This document shows positions 18,447-28,231 of a stretch of DNA of 64,000 nt, one piece after another. Positions within the stretch are counted from its first letter, which is position 1. Every line of letters begins with the position of its first letter. The DNA is from Elusimicrobiaceae bacterium. GTDB taxonomy: Bacteria; Elusimicrobiota; Elusimicrobia; Elusimicrobiales; Elusimicrobiaceae. Both the position numbers and the translations under genes were made by a program. Below the pieces are notes generated by a model. It saw only the letters and a program-made list of their open reading frames with translations. It was not told where the DNA came from and ran no database searches. The stretch covers positions 9,250 to 73,249 of the forward strand of contig JAZUKK010000026.1 of assembly GCA_045643265.1 (NCBI GenBank). The letters are read 5' to 3'.

Positions 18447-18657
18447 TAAATTAAAAACCGAGCATTAGCTCGGTTTTTTTATGTGCAGAAGCGCACCAAC
18501 TGCTTGGTGCGCGTGAGGGGACGAGAAGCCCGCAGCGTTGTACGAGTTTGCGTGCATGTGCTATGCCGTGCCGCAAGGCGAGTACCGCGAGGGCGGGCCC
18601 GGCTGAAACCTCCGTCAGGAAATTTACATAGGGCGAGTCTTTACCCTCTCTGCGCAT
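18434..18657. repeat. tRNA-linked structured element bounded by a 14-bp direct repeat of the tRNA 3' end
   Basis: CCCTCTCTGCGCAT at 18434-18447 and 18644-18657. Variable-arm 11-mer TGCCGCAAGGC recurs at 18569-18579. Several stems lie in between. Confidence 0.65.
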
Positions 18658-18663
18658 GAGAGC

Positions 18664-18701
18664 AAAAAATTCCCCGGAAACAACTTCTTCCGGGGAATTT
18701 T
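18664..18701. terminator. Bidirectional intrinsic terminator
   Basis: AAAAAATTCCCCGGAA-acaacttc-TTCCGGGGAATTTT. Confidence 0.75.
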
Positions 18702-18717
18702 TCAACAAACTGTCAAT

Positions 18718-19968
18718 CTATTCATCTACGCTAGTGTTGCCGGGTACGTGTAAAAACACATCCGCGCCAAGCAACGCAGGCATTTGGGAATCTTGCGGCC
18801 AAGCAAAGCCATGCGAAGAAGTTAATTTACTTTGCAACTCGCTAGGCAGTAAACTTTCCGTACGGGACGGGGCTTGCGGGGAGGAAAGTTGTAACACGTT
18901 CACGGTTTCACCCTGTTGGGCAAGCGGGGCCGTAACCGAGTTAAACCCGTTATACGTTACATACGTACTGGGACCCCACAGTATGATAAGTGCCGTTGGA
19001 TTTTCCTGACGGTATTGGTTGATAACGCGCATCAAATACTTTTGTTGTTCGGATTGTCCCAAAGCAGTCATTTCAAAAGAACTACCCGCACGCGTAAACG
19101 GGTTAGCATACGAGATCGTATTTAAGCCAGAAGTTTTCCCGTGCGACGAGATAGCCGTTCCTACCACCGTAATTTGGAGTTCTCGGGCCTTTCCCAATAC
19201 ATCTTGAGCGGCTACGGGCGACACTCCTTGCGCTTGCAGAGATTGCGTAACTACATTTCCATTAACGCCTCGCACGAACGGCGTAATAAGCACGATAGGC
19301 CGGTGATACATTAAATTATGCGCATAATCCAAAAACGATTTCACCAGATCTACCCCTTGTTGGGAGTAAAAATGGGGTTCCTGCCCAATACCTATGACAC
19401 TTGCCCCGCGGTTAAACAGTTGTTCAACTATCCATTCGTCGGTCTCAAAGCGGTGTAAGAGTTGTGCCGAACGGTCAATTTCGTTGCTGATATTTTCGGC
19501 CTGTTGTTCAAGTGAAAGCCGAAGTTGTTCGTTTGCTTCGGCGCGCGAAATAATGGCATTATTTTCCATAGCCCCCAACGCCTCGCTGGCTTGCAGCAAA
19601 GGGTAGCGGGGAATATAGTTGCGTTCTCCCCAACTTAAAGGAGTTAAAGGAGGGGTTACTTTCACGGCACTAAAACGCTCTATGGACGAGACAGGGCCCC
19701 GGACGCCTAGCCGTGTTAAGTTCTCTTGGCTAGAAAGTGAGCTAACTTCAGAGGCTTTCGTCATCAAATCAAAACTGCCCCTGGATAAACGCGAAATCAG
19801 AGGAGGGCTTAAACGAAGCAAGGACGCTCTAGGCAAGGAGAAAGATGCTGAGGGCACGCCTTTCCCGGCGAGTGCCCGACAAACCCTATTAGCCAACTCC
19901 AACCGGTTTTGGGCCAATACCGGAAGGGTACATAAACACAACATTCCACACGTTAAACATTTTTTCAT
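18718..19968 (-). CDS. Secreted hypothetical protein, possibly a degenerate EreA/ChaN/TIKI-like fold
   Basis: Signal peptide MKKCLTCGML...VLA. Segments SVIGIGQEPH...IVLITPF and PTALIILWGPSTYV. Confidence 0.55.
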   Translation of the reverse strand: MKKCLTCGMLCLCTLPVLAQNRLELANRVCRALAGKGVPSASFSLPRASLLRLSPPLISRLSRGSFDLMTKASEVSSLSSQENLTRLGVRGPVSSIERFSAVKVTPPLTPLSWGERNYIPRYPLLQASEALGAMENNAIISRAEANEQLRLSLEQQAENISNEIDRSAQLLHRFETDEWIVEQLFNRGASVIGIGQEPHFYSQQGVDLVKSFLDYAHNLMYHRPIVLITPFVRGVNGNVVTQSLQAQGVSPVAAQDVLGKARELQITVVGTAISSHGKTSGLNTISYANPFTRAGSSFEMTALGQSEQQKYLMRVINQYRQENPTALIILWGPSTYVTYNGFNSVTAPLAQQGETVNVLQLSSPQAPSRTESLLPSELQSKLTSSHGFAWPQDSQMPALLGADVFLHVPGNTSVDE

Positions 19969-20125
19969 AATTCTTAAAAATAAACCTCCGCTTTGTATAG
20001 TTTACTTTACTATTTCCCTATAAACCAGGGTATTAAGACCTAAAACGCACCTGGGTCTAATCGTCCCTCCAAATTGCCGCAATTAGTCTTTCCTTTCCCG
20101 TCTATAATTAAGTACAATAGAGTAT

Positions 20126-21013
20126 ATGACAAAATTATCGCCCTTGTTGGCCATTTGGCTGTCCTGTTTATGCACCGCCACAAATGTAGTGATTTCCAAA
20201 ATAGCCACTCCGTTTGTTACCTCGGCTTTGTTTTTATTAGTTGCCTGTTTTACGGCGTGTGTAGTATTGTCGGGCACGGTGGGAACGCGCGGTTGGAAAC
20301 GTATTTTATCGGCCGACGTACGCTGGAAAGGACTGGGCATGGGGACGTTCGGTACGGCCTTAACCATGACGGTATTTATGGTGGCCCTCAACTATACCAC
20401 TCCCGTCAACAGTGCTGTTGATAACCAATTTGAAATTATTTACTCGCTCATCTTGTCGGCTTTGATTTTGAAAGAACGCCCGACGCTTAAACAAATCGGC
20501 GGGTCGTTGCTTATTTTGCTGGGAGTTATTTTGATTGTGCTTAAAGGCGGCTACACGCAAGCCAAAGGCGATTTCTTAATTTTAGGCAGTTTGTGGATGT
20601 TTCAAGTCAGCCATATTTTTGCTAAAAAATTACCGGCCGATTTAACCGCCCCGCAAATTGCCGCGGCCCGCGCTTTTTATGCTATGCCGGCGTTGGCGGT
20701 GTTACTGGGCGCGTTGTATTTGATTCAAGGGCCGCTTCTGTTTAACGGAACGGCAATCCTATGGGGAACAATTATCGGCAGCGCGGTCATCAATTACGTA
20801 ATCGGCAACATTTTGTGGTATCACGCCATACGTAATATGGACTTAAGCAAAGCCACCGCTATTATCTTATGTTATCCGGTATTTACATTTATCCTATCGG
20901 TCTTATGCGGGCAAGACACCCTTTCTTTATATAAAATATTCGGTATGACACTTGCGGTAGGCGGAGCGTATCTGGTTACCAACAGTGCCAAAAAACAAGG
21001 AGCTCATGTATGA
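20126..21013 (+). CDS. EamA/DMT family transporter
   Basis: About 10 TM helices with two EamA repeats (ILKERPT, WYHAIRNMDLSKA). Confidence 0.9.
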   Translation: MTKLSPLLAIWLSCLCTATNVVISKIATPFVTSALFLLVACFTACVVLSGTVGTRGWKRILSADVRWKGLGMGTFGTALTMTVFMVALNYTTPVNSAVDNQFEIIYSLILSALILKERPTLKQIGGSLLILLGVILIVLKGGYTQAKGDFLILGSLWMFQVSHIFAKKLPADLTAPQIAAARAFYAMPALAVLLGALYLIQGPLLFNGTAILWGTIIGSAVINYVIGNILWYHAIRNMDLSKATAIILCYPVFTFILSVLCGQDTLSLYKIFGMTLAVGGAYLVTNSAKKQGAHV

Positions 21014-21864
21014 AAAAACTCGTTTTATTTGATTTAGACGGAACATTGATAGATGCCGGCGGATGCGGCCGCCACGCGTTAGAACGCGCCGTAAAAACTT
21101 TATACGGCAAAACAGTCAAGTTAGATTCCGCCCTCCTTTCGGGCCGGACGGATTTAGATAATTTTTCCATTGCGTATGACTTATTGCATCCGGGCAAAAA
21201 AACTACCGCCCCCGAAATAAAAAAACTGAAAGCCAAGTATTTGGAAATTTTACCGCAAGAAATACAGGTCTCTGTGCGCGGAAAAAAATACAAACTGGTG
21301 CCGGGCATCAAAAAATTTTTGACATTTTTAAGCCAAGACAAAGAAATTATTTTAGGTTTAGGTACCGGCAATTTGCAAGAAAGTGCCGCCCTTAAATTAG
21401 CCCCCAGCGGGCTGATGCCTTTCTTTTCCGTCGGCGGATATGGCGAGGACGGGCACACCCGCGAAGAAATGTTGCAAGCCGCCGTCAAACGGGCCGAAAA
21501 GAAATATAAAACCCGCCTTACGCCCGACCAGGTATTTGTAATTGGGGACACGCACCGCGATATTGTCGCCGCCAAAAACTGCGGGTTTCATAATGCTGTT
21601 TTAACAACCGGGTTTGGCGAAGTACAAAAAATACAACGGGCGGCCGCCGAATTGGAAGCCAAAGATTTTACGAAAGATTTTGCTTTATTTTGCGTATGGT
21701 TGTGCGTCAAAAAAGACCCCAAAGGCGTCAAACGCGGCAGCTATATCATGCCAGCGACTGCCATTGAACACGTATTTTTCAGCCGAACCGGTATTGACGA
21801 AGACCGCTTAAAAATGTTGCGTATTAAAAAATACGAAGATTTAGAATCCGGTACAATTATGTAA
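21010..21864 (+). CDS. HAD-superfamily hydrolase
   Basis: LFDLDGTLID, LGTGN and VIGDTHRD motifs, plus an extension of about 55 aa at the C-terminus. Confidence 0.9.
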   Translation: MKKLVLFDLDGTLIDAGGCGRHALERAVKTLYGKTVKLDSALLSGRTDLDNFSIAYDLLHPGKKTTAPEIKKLKAKYLEILPQEIQVSVRGKKYKLVPGIKKFLTFLSQDKEIILGLGTGNLQESAALKLAPSGLMPFFSVGGYGEDGHTREEMLQAAVKRAEKKYKTRLTPDQVFVIGDTHRDIVAAKNCGFHNAVLTTGFGEVQKIQRAAAELEAKDFTKDFALFCVWLCVKKDPKGVKRGSYIMPATAIEHVFFSRTGIDEDRLKMLRIKKYEDLESGTIM

Positions 21865-21876
21865 GGAGCTAGCCCC

Positions 21877-22446
21877 ATGGAATGGTTTGCCGCCGCAGAA
21901 CACTTTACCGCCGCTTTGGCCTCGTCCGACCCGACCCCGGGAGGGGGGGCCGCGGCCGCTCATAGCGCGGCGATGGGATGCGCGCTTGTGCAGATGTCCG
22001 CCGCTACTACGCTTAAACGTAAAACGACTTTACCGGAAACAAAAGTCCGGTTGGAAAAAGCCCTGCGCAAATTATCTTCTCTTAAAACCCAGTTGAACAG
22101 TTACGTCCGGCAAGACGGCGAGGCCTATACCGCCTATTTAACCGCCAAAAAATTACCCAAAGAGGACCCGGCCCGCGCCCAAGCCATGCAAGATGCCCTG
22201 GCTTTTGCGGCCCGCGTTCCGGCCGCTACGGCTACCACCGCCGTAGAGGTACTCAAGGAAATGGAAATGATCCGACCGGATATCGCCCCGATTATATTGT
22301 CCGACATGAGTTGTGCTAAACACTTGTTGCAAGCCGCCATACGTTGCGCGGTAGAAAATATCCGGGCCAATGTGGCTTTTATCCAAAACGAAGATCTGAA
22401 AAATTCGTTTGAAAAACAAATCACCGTTTTTCTAAAATCGTGTTGA
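21877..22446 (+). CDS. Cyclodeaminase/cyclohydrolase (FTCD_C/FchA-like) family protein
   Basis: LASSDPTPGGGAAAA, DGEAY, AARVP, SD and NIRAN motifs. Confidence 0.88.
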   Translation: MEWFAAAEHFTAALASSDPTPGGGAAAAHSAAMGCALVQMSAATTLKRKTTLPETKVRLEKALRKLSSLKTQLNSYVRQDGEAYTAYLTAKKLPKEDPARAQAMQDALAFAARVPAATATTAVEVLKEMEMIRPDIAPIILSDMSCAKHLLQAAIRCAVENIRANVAFIQNEDLKNSFEKQITVFLKSC

Positions 22447-22453
22447 GGAAAAT

Positions 22454-24016
22454 ATGACCGAAAAATCAATCTTACGCAGCGGTATGTTAAACGCCATTTA
22501 TACCATGCTCCCGGCGATTGATGACGATTACGCCGCCCGCTTGGTTTATACATTAGAGGACAAAAAAACCGTTGCCCAACTCCAACAGGAAATTGCCGAT
22601 ATCGCCGCCCAACTCAGTTCCGATTCTCCGGCCGCCGACACGTTAGTTGCCAAAATGTTGCTAGACGAAATAACCCTTCCTGCCGCACTGCGGCAACTGC
22701 GCATTTACAACAATGCCATGTCCATTACCGAATTGTGCGAGTCGTTGGATATCTCCGCCGCAGACACGCAAAAACTTATAGATGTGTATGCGTCTTTTTC
22801 TTCCCGTAAATACTTTGACCAAGAATTTGCCAACGCATTAAAAACATTATCCACGGACAAAAAATTATCCGACACCGAAAAAGCCCAACACGCCGTTTTG
22901 GATTTGTTGCAACAGGCCGGAAACTGGCTCACCCAACAAACCCCGCTCGTCAAGCAAAATAAACAAGCCGTTTTTACGGCGGCGGACAAGTACCATTTAT
23001 CTATCCAAACAACCGATACTCTATGCCGGTTATATACCCAACCGGGCAGTATCGCTTTTGAACCGGAAATGACCCGTTTGGTGCAACAAATACAAACCCA
23101 AAATCCTAATCTTCCTCTGTGCGCTTCGCTAGCGGCCCAAGTGATGATGGGGCACATGACGCTTAAAGATGCCCAAGATACGGCGTTAGTATCTAAACTG
23201 TTAAACGGACAAATTATTGAAGAAGATTTACGCATTATTGCTTGCCGGTACTTAAAAGCAAAAACCCCGGCAGATATCGTCCATACTTTTACGGCCGTAT
23301 TAGACAAATTGCCCCATGTAGATAATGCGGCCGAAAATTTAGGGTTAGCCGTCCGCGTGTTTTTGGACGGAACACCCGAAAGTTTTACGCGGGCTGTACG
23401 GACGGCCACCCTTCGCCAAGAACGGGAAATTTTGCGCAGGGAACTGTCCAAAAATGATTTGTACGCCGGATACGAATATGATTTATCGGATAAATTCGGC
23501 GGGAAACAAACAGCCGACCAATTACATGATGCCTTACAAGATACGCTTAAAAATTTACCCTATTGCGTAGATAAAACCGAAAACAAAGAACTGGCTTGCA
23601 AGGTGCTTTTAGGCACGTTAAGCCCCGAAGAAGCCGCGAAGCAAGCCCAATACTTGCGGGACTTAAAAGCCAAGTCGCTTACGCAAGGGCTGGCCCCGGA
23701 ACTGATGAAAAGTTATTTGGGTACAAAACCGGCAGATGAAATTTTGAAATTTTTTGAAACCGTCTTGGCACCGTACACCTTTTGGAAATCCGACCAAGAC
23801 AAACACGCCTTCGTTTTGCGCGTGCTGGTGGGGGAATTAAACGGCAATTATAACCGCCAAATTTCCCGGTTTGTATTGGATATGTTGGAAAACGGCTCGT
23901 CGTTAGAATTGATGACAGACATGCTCAGCAACATCCAAACCCGTAAGACCAGCCAGGAAGATTTGGATAAACTGCTTGCTTTGTATAAACAAGCCCGGGT
24001 GTCTTCCAAGTCTTAA
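22454..24016 (+). CDS. Hypothetical all-helical internal-repeat protein
   Basis: About 6 degenerate repeats ending in LAxxVxLG/D-like motifs. No signal peptide or TM helix. Confidence 0.7.
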   Translation: MTEKSILRSGMLNAIYTMLPAIDDDYAARLVYTLEDKKTVAQLQQEIADIAAQLSSDSPAADTLVAKMLLDEITLPAALRQLRIYNNAMSITELCESLDISAADTQKLIDVYASFSSRKYFDQEFANALKTLSTDKKLSDTEKAQHAVLDLLQQAGNWLTQQTPLVKQNKQAVFTAADKYHLSIQTTDTLCRLYTQPGSIAFEPEMTRLVQQIQTQNPNLPLCASLAAQVMMGHMTLKDAQDTALVSKLLNGQIIEEDLRIIACRYLKAKTPADIVHTFTAVLDKLPHVDNAAENLGLAVRVFLDGTPESFTRAVRTATLRQEREILRRELSKNDLYAGYEYDLSDKFGGKQTADQLHDALQDTLKNLPYCVDKTENKELACKVLLGTLSPEEAAKQAQYLRDLKAKSLTQGLAPELMKSYLGTKPADEILKFFETVLAPYTFWKSDQDKHAFVLRVLVGELNGNYNRQISRFVLDMLENGSSLELMTDMLSNIQTRKTSQEDLDKLLALYKQARVSSKS

Positions 24017-24104
24017 AACCAGCAAAAAAGACTGTTAAAATATCGCATAATTTGATATGCTGTTATCATACTGTTTTATATTTATGTGCTAAGGTGAAAA
24101 TATC

Positions 24105-26765
24105 ATGAAATATTGGGTTTATCTTAATGAGAAAGTAACAGGGCCATTTACAGCCGACAAACTGGTAACGCTTAACGGCTTTACCCCGGATACTTTGATT
24201 TGCTCGGAAGAATCCGCCAACAGCGGGAACCAGGCATGGGTCAAAGCGTCTAGCATATTTGAATTTGAACAATCTGCGCCCGCCTCTATGGCCGCACCCG
24301 TTGCGGCGGCCGCGGCTACAACCGCCGCCGGTAACGACTCCCTCACTTCCATGTTGCTCGCCAAAATAGAGGCCTTGACAACACAATTAAGCGGCATGCA
24401 ATCTAAATTGGACGGCGTACAGTCTAAATTAGACGAATCTATTTCTTCACAACAAAAAGCCGCCCAAGAATCGGCCGAACGGGCAAACGAACTGGCGAAG
24501 CAGTTTAATTCCTTAGCGAGCTCGCAACACGATTTGATGGCCCAAATTCCCAAACCCGTGACGAATATTCCCACCGAAGATTTGACAGAGCAAACCGAGG
24601 ATTTAGCCCATACACTTCCGACAGCGGCTCAAGACGTCCAACCGGCCTTGCAAGAAAACACCCAAACGGCCCAACCGGAAGAAACCCCTAGCACCCAAGG
24701 AACTCCGGCTCCGGCAACAGAAACTCTTGCCGGTCTCCCGCCCGCAGAAGATGACTTGTTAGGCGGCAAGGAAGGATATGAGGTTGTATTAAATTCGGCC
24801 TTAAACTCGTTACGCAGTAAAATGCAGGCTCCTGTAACGCCTAAAAAAGAAGAGATCTTCCAAGATTTACTGACTCCGGCTCAAGCGCAAACATCCGCTA
24901 AAGAAACCGATAAAAAGCCGGAAGAAAACGCCCAAAAAGAAGCGGTGGTTAACGAATTAACAAAAACCCCGAAAGAAGATGTGGTGGATCAAGTTATCCG
25001 CGAAAAAGAAGAAGATAAACATAAAAAATCTGTAACCATGATGAGTCTGTTATCGGGTGCAGCCGCCTTGGTGGGCTTGAAAAAGAAATTAGACGATACC
25101 AAAATTCAAGTATCATCCGAACAAGATTTACCCGTTTTGGAAACTAAATCTACGCAAGAACAACCGGCTCCGGCCCCAGCCGACCAACCGGCAGAAAAAC
25201 AACCGTTAGATTTTGACCAAAACATTGCAGATGCTCCGGCTCTAACCGTAGCCAATGCAACACCCGTGGCGGAACAACCCGCTGAGCAACCTGTCCAAGA
25301 AGAGCCGGTGCAAGAAGTATCCTTGGAACTGACCCAAGCAGAACCGGAACCAACGCAAGACATGGGCGTAGTGGAAATGCTCCCGCCGTTCCCGAGCGAA
25401 TTAGAAGCCCAATCCCAACCACAAGAACAACCGGCTCCGGCCCAAGCAGAAAGCGAACCGGTTCAAGAAGGTGTTTTGCCTTCCTTGGACATGTCCGATA
25501 GTCCTGTAGCGAAGGCGGACCCCGCGCAAGAGCAACCGGAAGAAGTGCTGGAAGAATTAGTACCTAACGCGCAAGTCACCCAACGCGACGACATCATCAC
25601 AGATGCAGATTTGAAAGACGCGTTTACAGAACGCAAAAATCAAGACGATAAATCGGTAGAACAACTGTTTGGCTTAGCCAGTGCCAGTACAGCCGTAGCC
25701 GCTTCGGCGGCCAGTGCCGAACAAACGAATCCGGGCACCCCGGAAGAAAGCGTTTTACCGTCATTGGATGAAACCAATAACGAAGATCCGCTGGCGCAGG
25801 AACATCCCAAAGTCAATCCTAATGATATGACGGAAGTGGAACTTAAACCCGGATCCACCTATTTAATTTCGGACTTTGTTCCTCCGACGCTGTCTACTCC
25901 CGAAACGGGACAAGCAGAAGCGGCCCAACAGCCTAACGAAAAAGAAAACAAAAAAGAGGAAACAACCTCTGCTGGCTTAGTAGAAATGGTTACGCCGACC
26001 GCCCAAACGATAAAAACAAACGAACAAAAAGGCGAGGCAAACGAACCAACCGTGTCGCAGATTGTGTTGGAAAACCCCATTAAAGCCAAACGCGGGGCAG
26101 CTTTAGATATCAAAACCGTCCCCATGGTACCCGAACCGGCCGATTCCGACCGCCTGTCCGTGGATGGATTAGACGATATCAACGCCCAACACGATTTAAA
26201 AAGTGCCGACGCTGAACCCACCGGTAAAAAGACCAAAGCCGCCGTATGGCTGTTGATACTGCTGTTATTGGCGGGGGCCATTTACGCGATGTTGGCTTTC
26301 ATGAATATTATTCCACCGCAATTCAACGTCTTACCCGGCCAAAAGAAAGCGGCCGTACAAGCCCAGCAAGAAGAACAATTAAACGAAATGCTGGCCCCGA
26401 CGGAAGCGCAACTGCCCATCCAAACCGTGGATGAGAACACCCCGGTAGCGGTGGGAAACCCGCAAGACGCCATTTTGGAGGAAGTGAAGAATTATACGCT
26501 CCCCAATGCCGTGACGTTGAAAAGTTTTATAGAGTCCAAACATCCGGCCGCTACGGAACTGATTACTTGGGAAATTTCTACCGCGGTAGATCCGGACAAT
26601 TACTCTATCTTGGTTAAAGTACCGCCGGAGAATCCGCAAAGTTTCAAGATCTCGTACCGCTTTAACTACAATGCGGTAACCAAGGCGTTAGACCCGACTA
26701 TTTCAGATGCTAAAAATCTGTTAGATTCGGCCCAAGCGCAAGTAGTACAACAAGCCGCACAATAA
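24105..26765 (+). CDS. GYF_2-domain bitopic membrane protein with a long acidic disordered region
   Basis: YWVYLNEKVTGPFTADKL, a coiled coil, E/Q/P/A-rich low-complexity sequence, TM AVWLLILLLLAGAIYAML and a compact C-terminal domain. Confidence 0.75.
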   Translation: MKYWVYLNEKVTGPFTADKLVTLNGFTPDTLICSEESANSGNQAWVKASSIFEFEQSAPASMAAPVAAAAATTAAGNDSLTSMLLAKIEALTTQLSGMQSKLDGVQSKLDESISSQQKAAQESAERANELAKQFNSLASSQHDLMAQIPKPVTNIPTEDLTEQTEDLAHTLPTAAQDVQPALQENTQTAQPEETPSTQGTPAPATETLAGLPPAEDDLLGGKEGYEVVLNSALNSLRSKMQAPVTPKKEEIFQDLLTPAQAQTSAKETDKKPEENAQKEAVVNELTKTPKEDVVDQVIREKEEDKHKKSVTMMSLLSGAAALVGLKKKLDDTKIQVSSEQDLPVLETKSTQEQPAPAPADQPAEKQPLDFDQNIADAPALTVANATPVAEQPAEQPVQEEPVQEVSLELTQAEPEPTQDMGVVEMLPPFPSELEAQSQPQEQPAPAQAESEPVQEGVLPSLDMSDSPVAKADPAQEQPEEVLEELVPNAQVTQRDDIITDADLKDAFTERKNQDDKSVEQLFGLASASTAVAASAASAEQTNPGTPEESVLPSLDETNNEDPLAQEHPKVNPNDMTEVELKPGSTYLISDFVPPTLSTPETGQAEAAQQPNEKENKKEETTSAGLVEMVTPTAQTIKTNEQKGEANEPTVSQIVLENPIKAKRGAALDIKTVPMVPEPADSDRLSVDGLDDINAQHDLKSADAEPTGKKTKAAVWLLILLLLAGAIYAMLAFMNIIPPQFNVLPGQKKAAVQAQQEEQLNEMLAPTEAQLPIQTVDENTPVAVGNPQDAILEEVKNYTLPNAVTLKSFIESKHPAATELITWEISTAVDPDNYSILVKVPPENPQSFKISYRFNYNAVTKALDPTISDAKNLLDSAQAQVVQQAAQ

Positions 26766-26781
26766 GTGTTTTAAGCACACC

Positions 26782-26812
26782 AAAGCCCGGACAAAAAGTC
26801 CGGGCTTTTTTT
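26782..26812. terminator. Bidirectional intrinsic terminator
   Basis: AAAGCCCGGAC-aaaaa-GTCCGGGCTTTTTTT. Confidence 0.8.
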
Positions 26813-26814
26813 GC

Positions 26815-26865
26815 AGATGCTGAATCGGCTGCCCGCAGGGTTTCAGCATGACGACAAAGGCAAAA
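26815..26865 (-). repeat. Single REP-like unit with an expanded loop
   Basis: Reverse strand reads CGTCA-TGCTGAA-accctgcgggcagccga-TTCAGCA-TCT. Confidence 0.8.
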
Positions 26866-26928
26866 CAAGTTGTCCATATAAAAAACAGCCCCACACCAGG
26901 TGCGGGGCTATACTTGAAATTACCTAAT

Positions 26929-28164
26929 TTATTTTACGGCATTTTTGGCAATACTTTCCAAGATATGGAAGGCCTTTTCCGCCCAATTCATACTCAGCCA
27001 TTCGTACGGCCCGTGGGGGTTTTCGTACCCAGCAAAGATATTAGGCGTAGGCAACCCCCGCAAAGAAAGTTGCGCTCCGTCGGTACCGCCGCGTGCTTGC
27101 GTCAAATGGTACTCAATTTTATTTTCTTTTAGCGCACCTTCCAACAGTTCCATGGCTTGTGGATGGGCGCGCAATACATCACGCATATTGCGGTACTGCT
27201 TTTTGAAAATAAGTTCCATCGTAGCCGCCGGATATTTGGCACGCTTGGTGTTCATTAAAGCCACTAAATCTTTTTTGAATTGCTCAAACTTATTGAGGTC
27301 GTGTTCGCGCACGATCCCTTGAATTTCGGCTTTTTCCAGCCCGCCGGTAATATCTTTGAATAAAATAAATCCGTCCTCGCCGTCCGTTGTTTCGGGCAGT
27401 TTATCCGTCGGCCAAGAAGAAATAATATCCGCCGCAATACGTACCGGGTTAGCCATAAATCCTTTGGCAGAACCGGGGTGGCACGATTTACCGGTAATTT
27501 TAAGTACAAACGAATCGGCGTTAAAATTGCCGCAATCAATATCGCCCAAGAGCGCGCCGTCCACCGTATAGGCAAAATCGGCCGCAAAGCGTTCCACATC
27601 AAAATATCCGATACCGGTTCCGGTTTCTTCGTCAATCGTAAACGCGGCTTTTAACGGCCCGTGTTTAATTTCCGGGTGTGCGATAAAATGTTCTGCCAGC
27701 GTCATAATAACCGCAATACCGATTTTATCGTCCGCCCCTAACAGCGTATTTCCGTCCGCCGTTACGATATTATCGCCAATACATAATTTCAAATTGGGGG
27801 CGGTTTTGGGGGATAAAAGCATCTGCTTTTCTTCGTTAATAACTAACGTACCGCCGTCATAATTTTCATGTAAAACCGGGTGGATATCTTTTCCGTTGTA
27901 ATCGCATACAGTGTCCATGTGGGCAAAGAACCCGATAGTAGGCACTTGTTGCGACGTGTTAGACGGGATAACCCCGGTTACAAAACCGTATTCATCCATT
28001 TCCACATCTTGAAATCCAATTTGTTTCATTTCGGCGGCTAACGTATGTGCAAAAGAAATTTGGGAGGACGTCGTCGGTATAGAGGAACTTTCCGGGTCGC
28101 TGGTGGTTTCCACCGCAACATAGCGCACAAAGCGGTCATAAATTTTTTGTTGTAAGGGATTCAT
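26929..28164 (-). CDS. pepT: Peptidase T (M20B tripeptidase)
   Basis: FAHMDT, LGADDKIG, FTIDEE, YTVDG, GKSCHPG, RGGTDG and GLPTPNIF motifs. AGGAGA precedes MNPL. Confidence 0.95.
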   Translation of the reverse strand: MNPLQQKIYDRFVRYVAVETTSDPESSSIPTTSSQISFAHTLAAEMKQIGFQDVEMDEYGFVTGVIPSNTSQQVPTIGFFAHMDTVCDYNGKDIHPVLHENYDGGTLVINEEKQMLLSPKTAPNLKLCIGDNIVTADGNTLLGADDKIGIAVIMTLAEHFIAHPEIKHGPLKAAFTIDEETGTGIGYFDVERFAADFAYTVDGALLGDIDCGNFNADSFVLKITGKSCHPGSAKGFMANPVRIAADIISSWPTDKLPETTDGEDGFILFKDITGGLEKAEIQGIVREHDLNKFEQFKKDLVALMNTKRAKYPAATMELIFKKQYRNMRDVLRAHPQAMELLEGALKENKIEYHLTQARGGTDGAQLSLRGLPTPNIFAGYENPHGPYEWLSMNWAEKAFHILESIAKNAVK

Positions 28165-28231
28165 AAATTTTCTCCTATTTATTCTCTTTTTATTATACAA
28201 TTATTTAAAGACATATTTCTTCGGAGGATGT

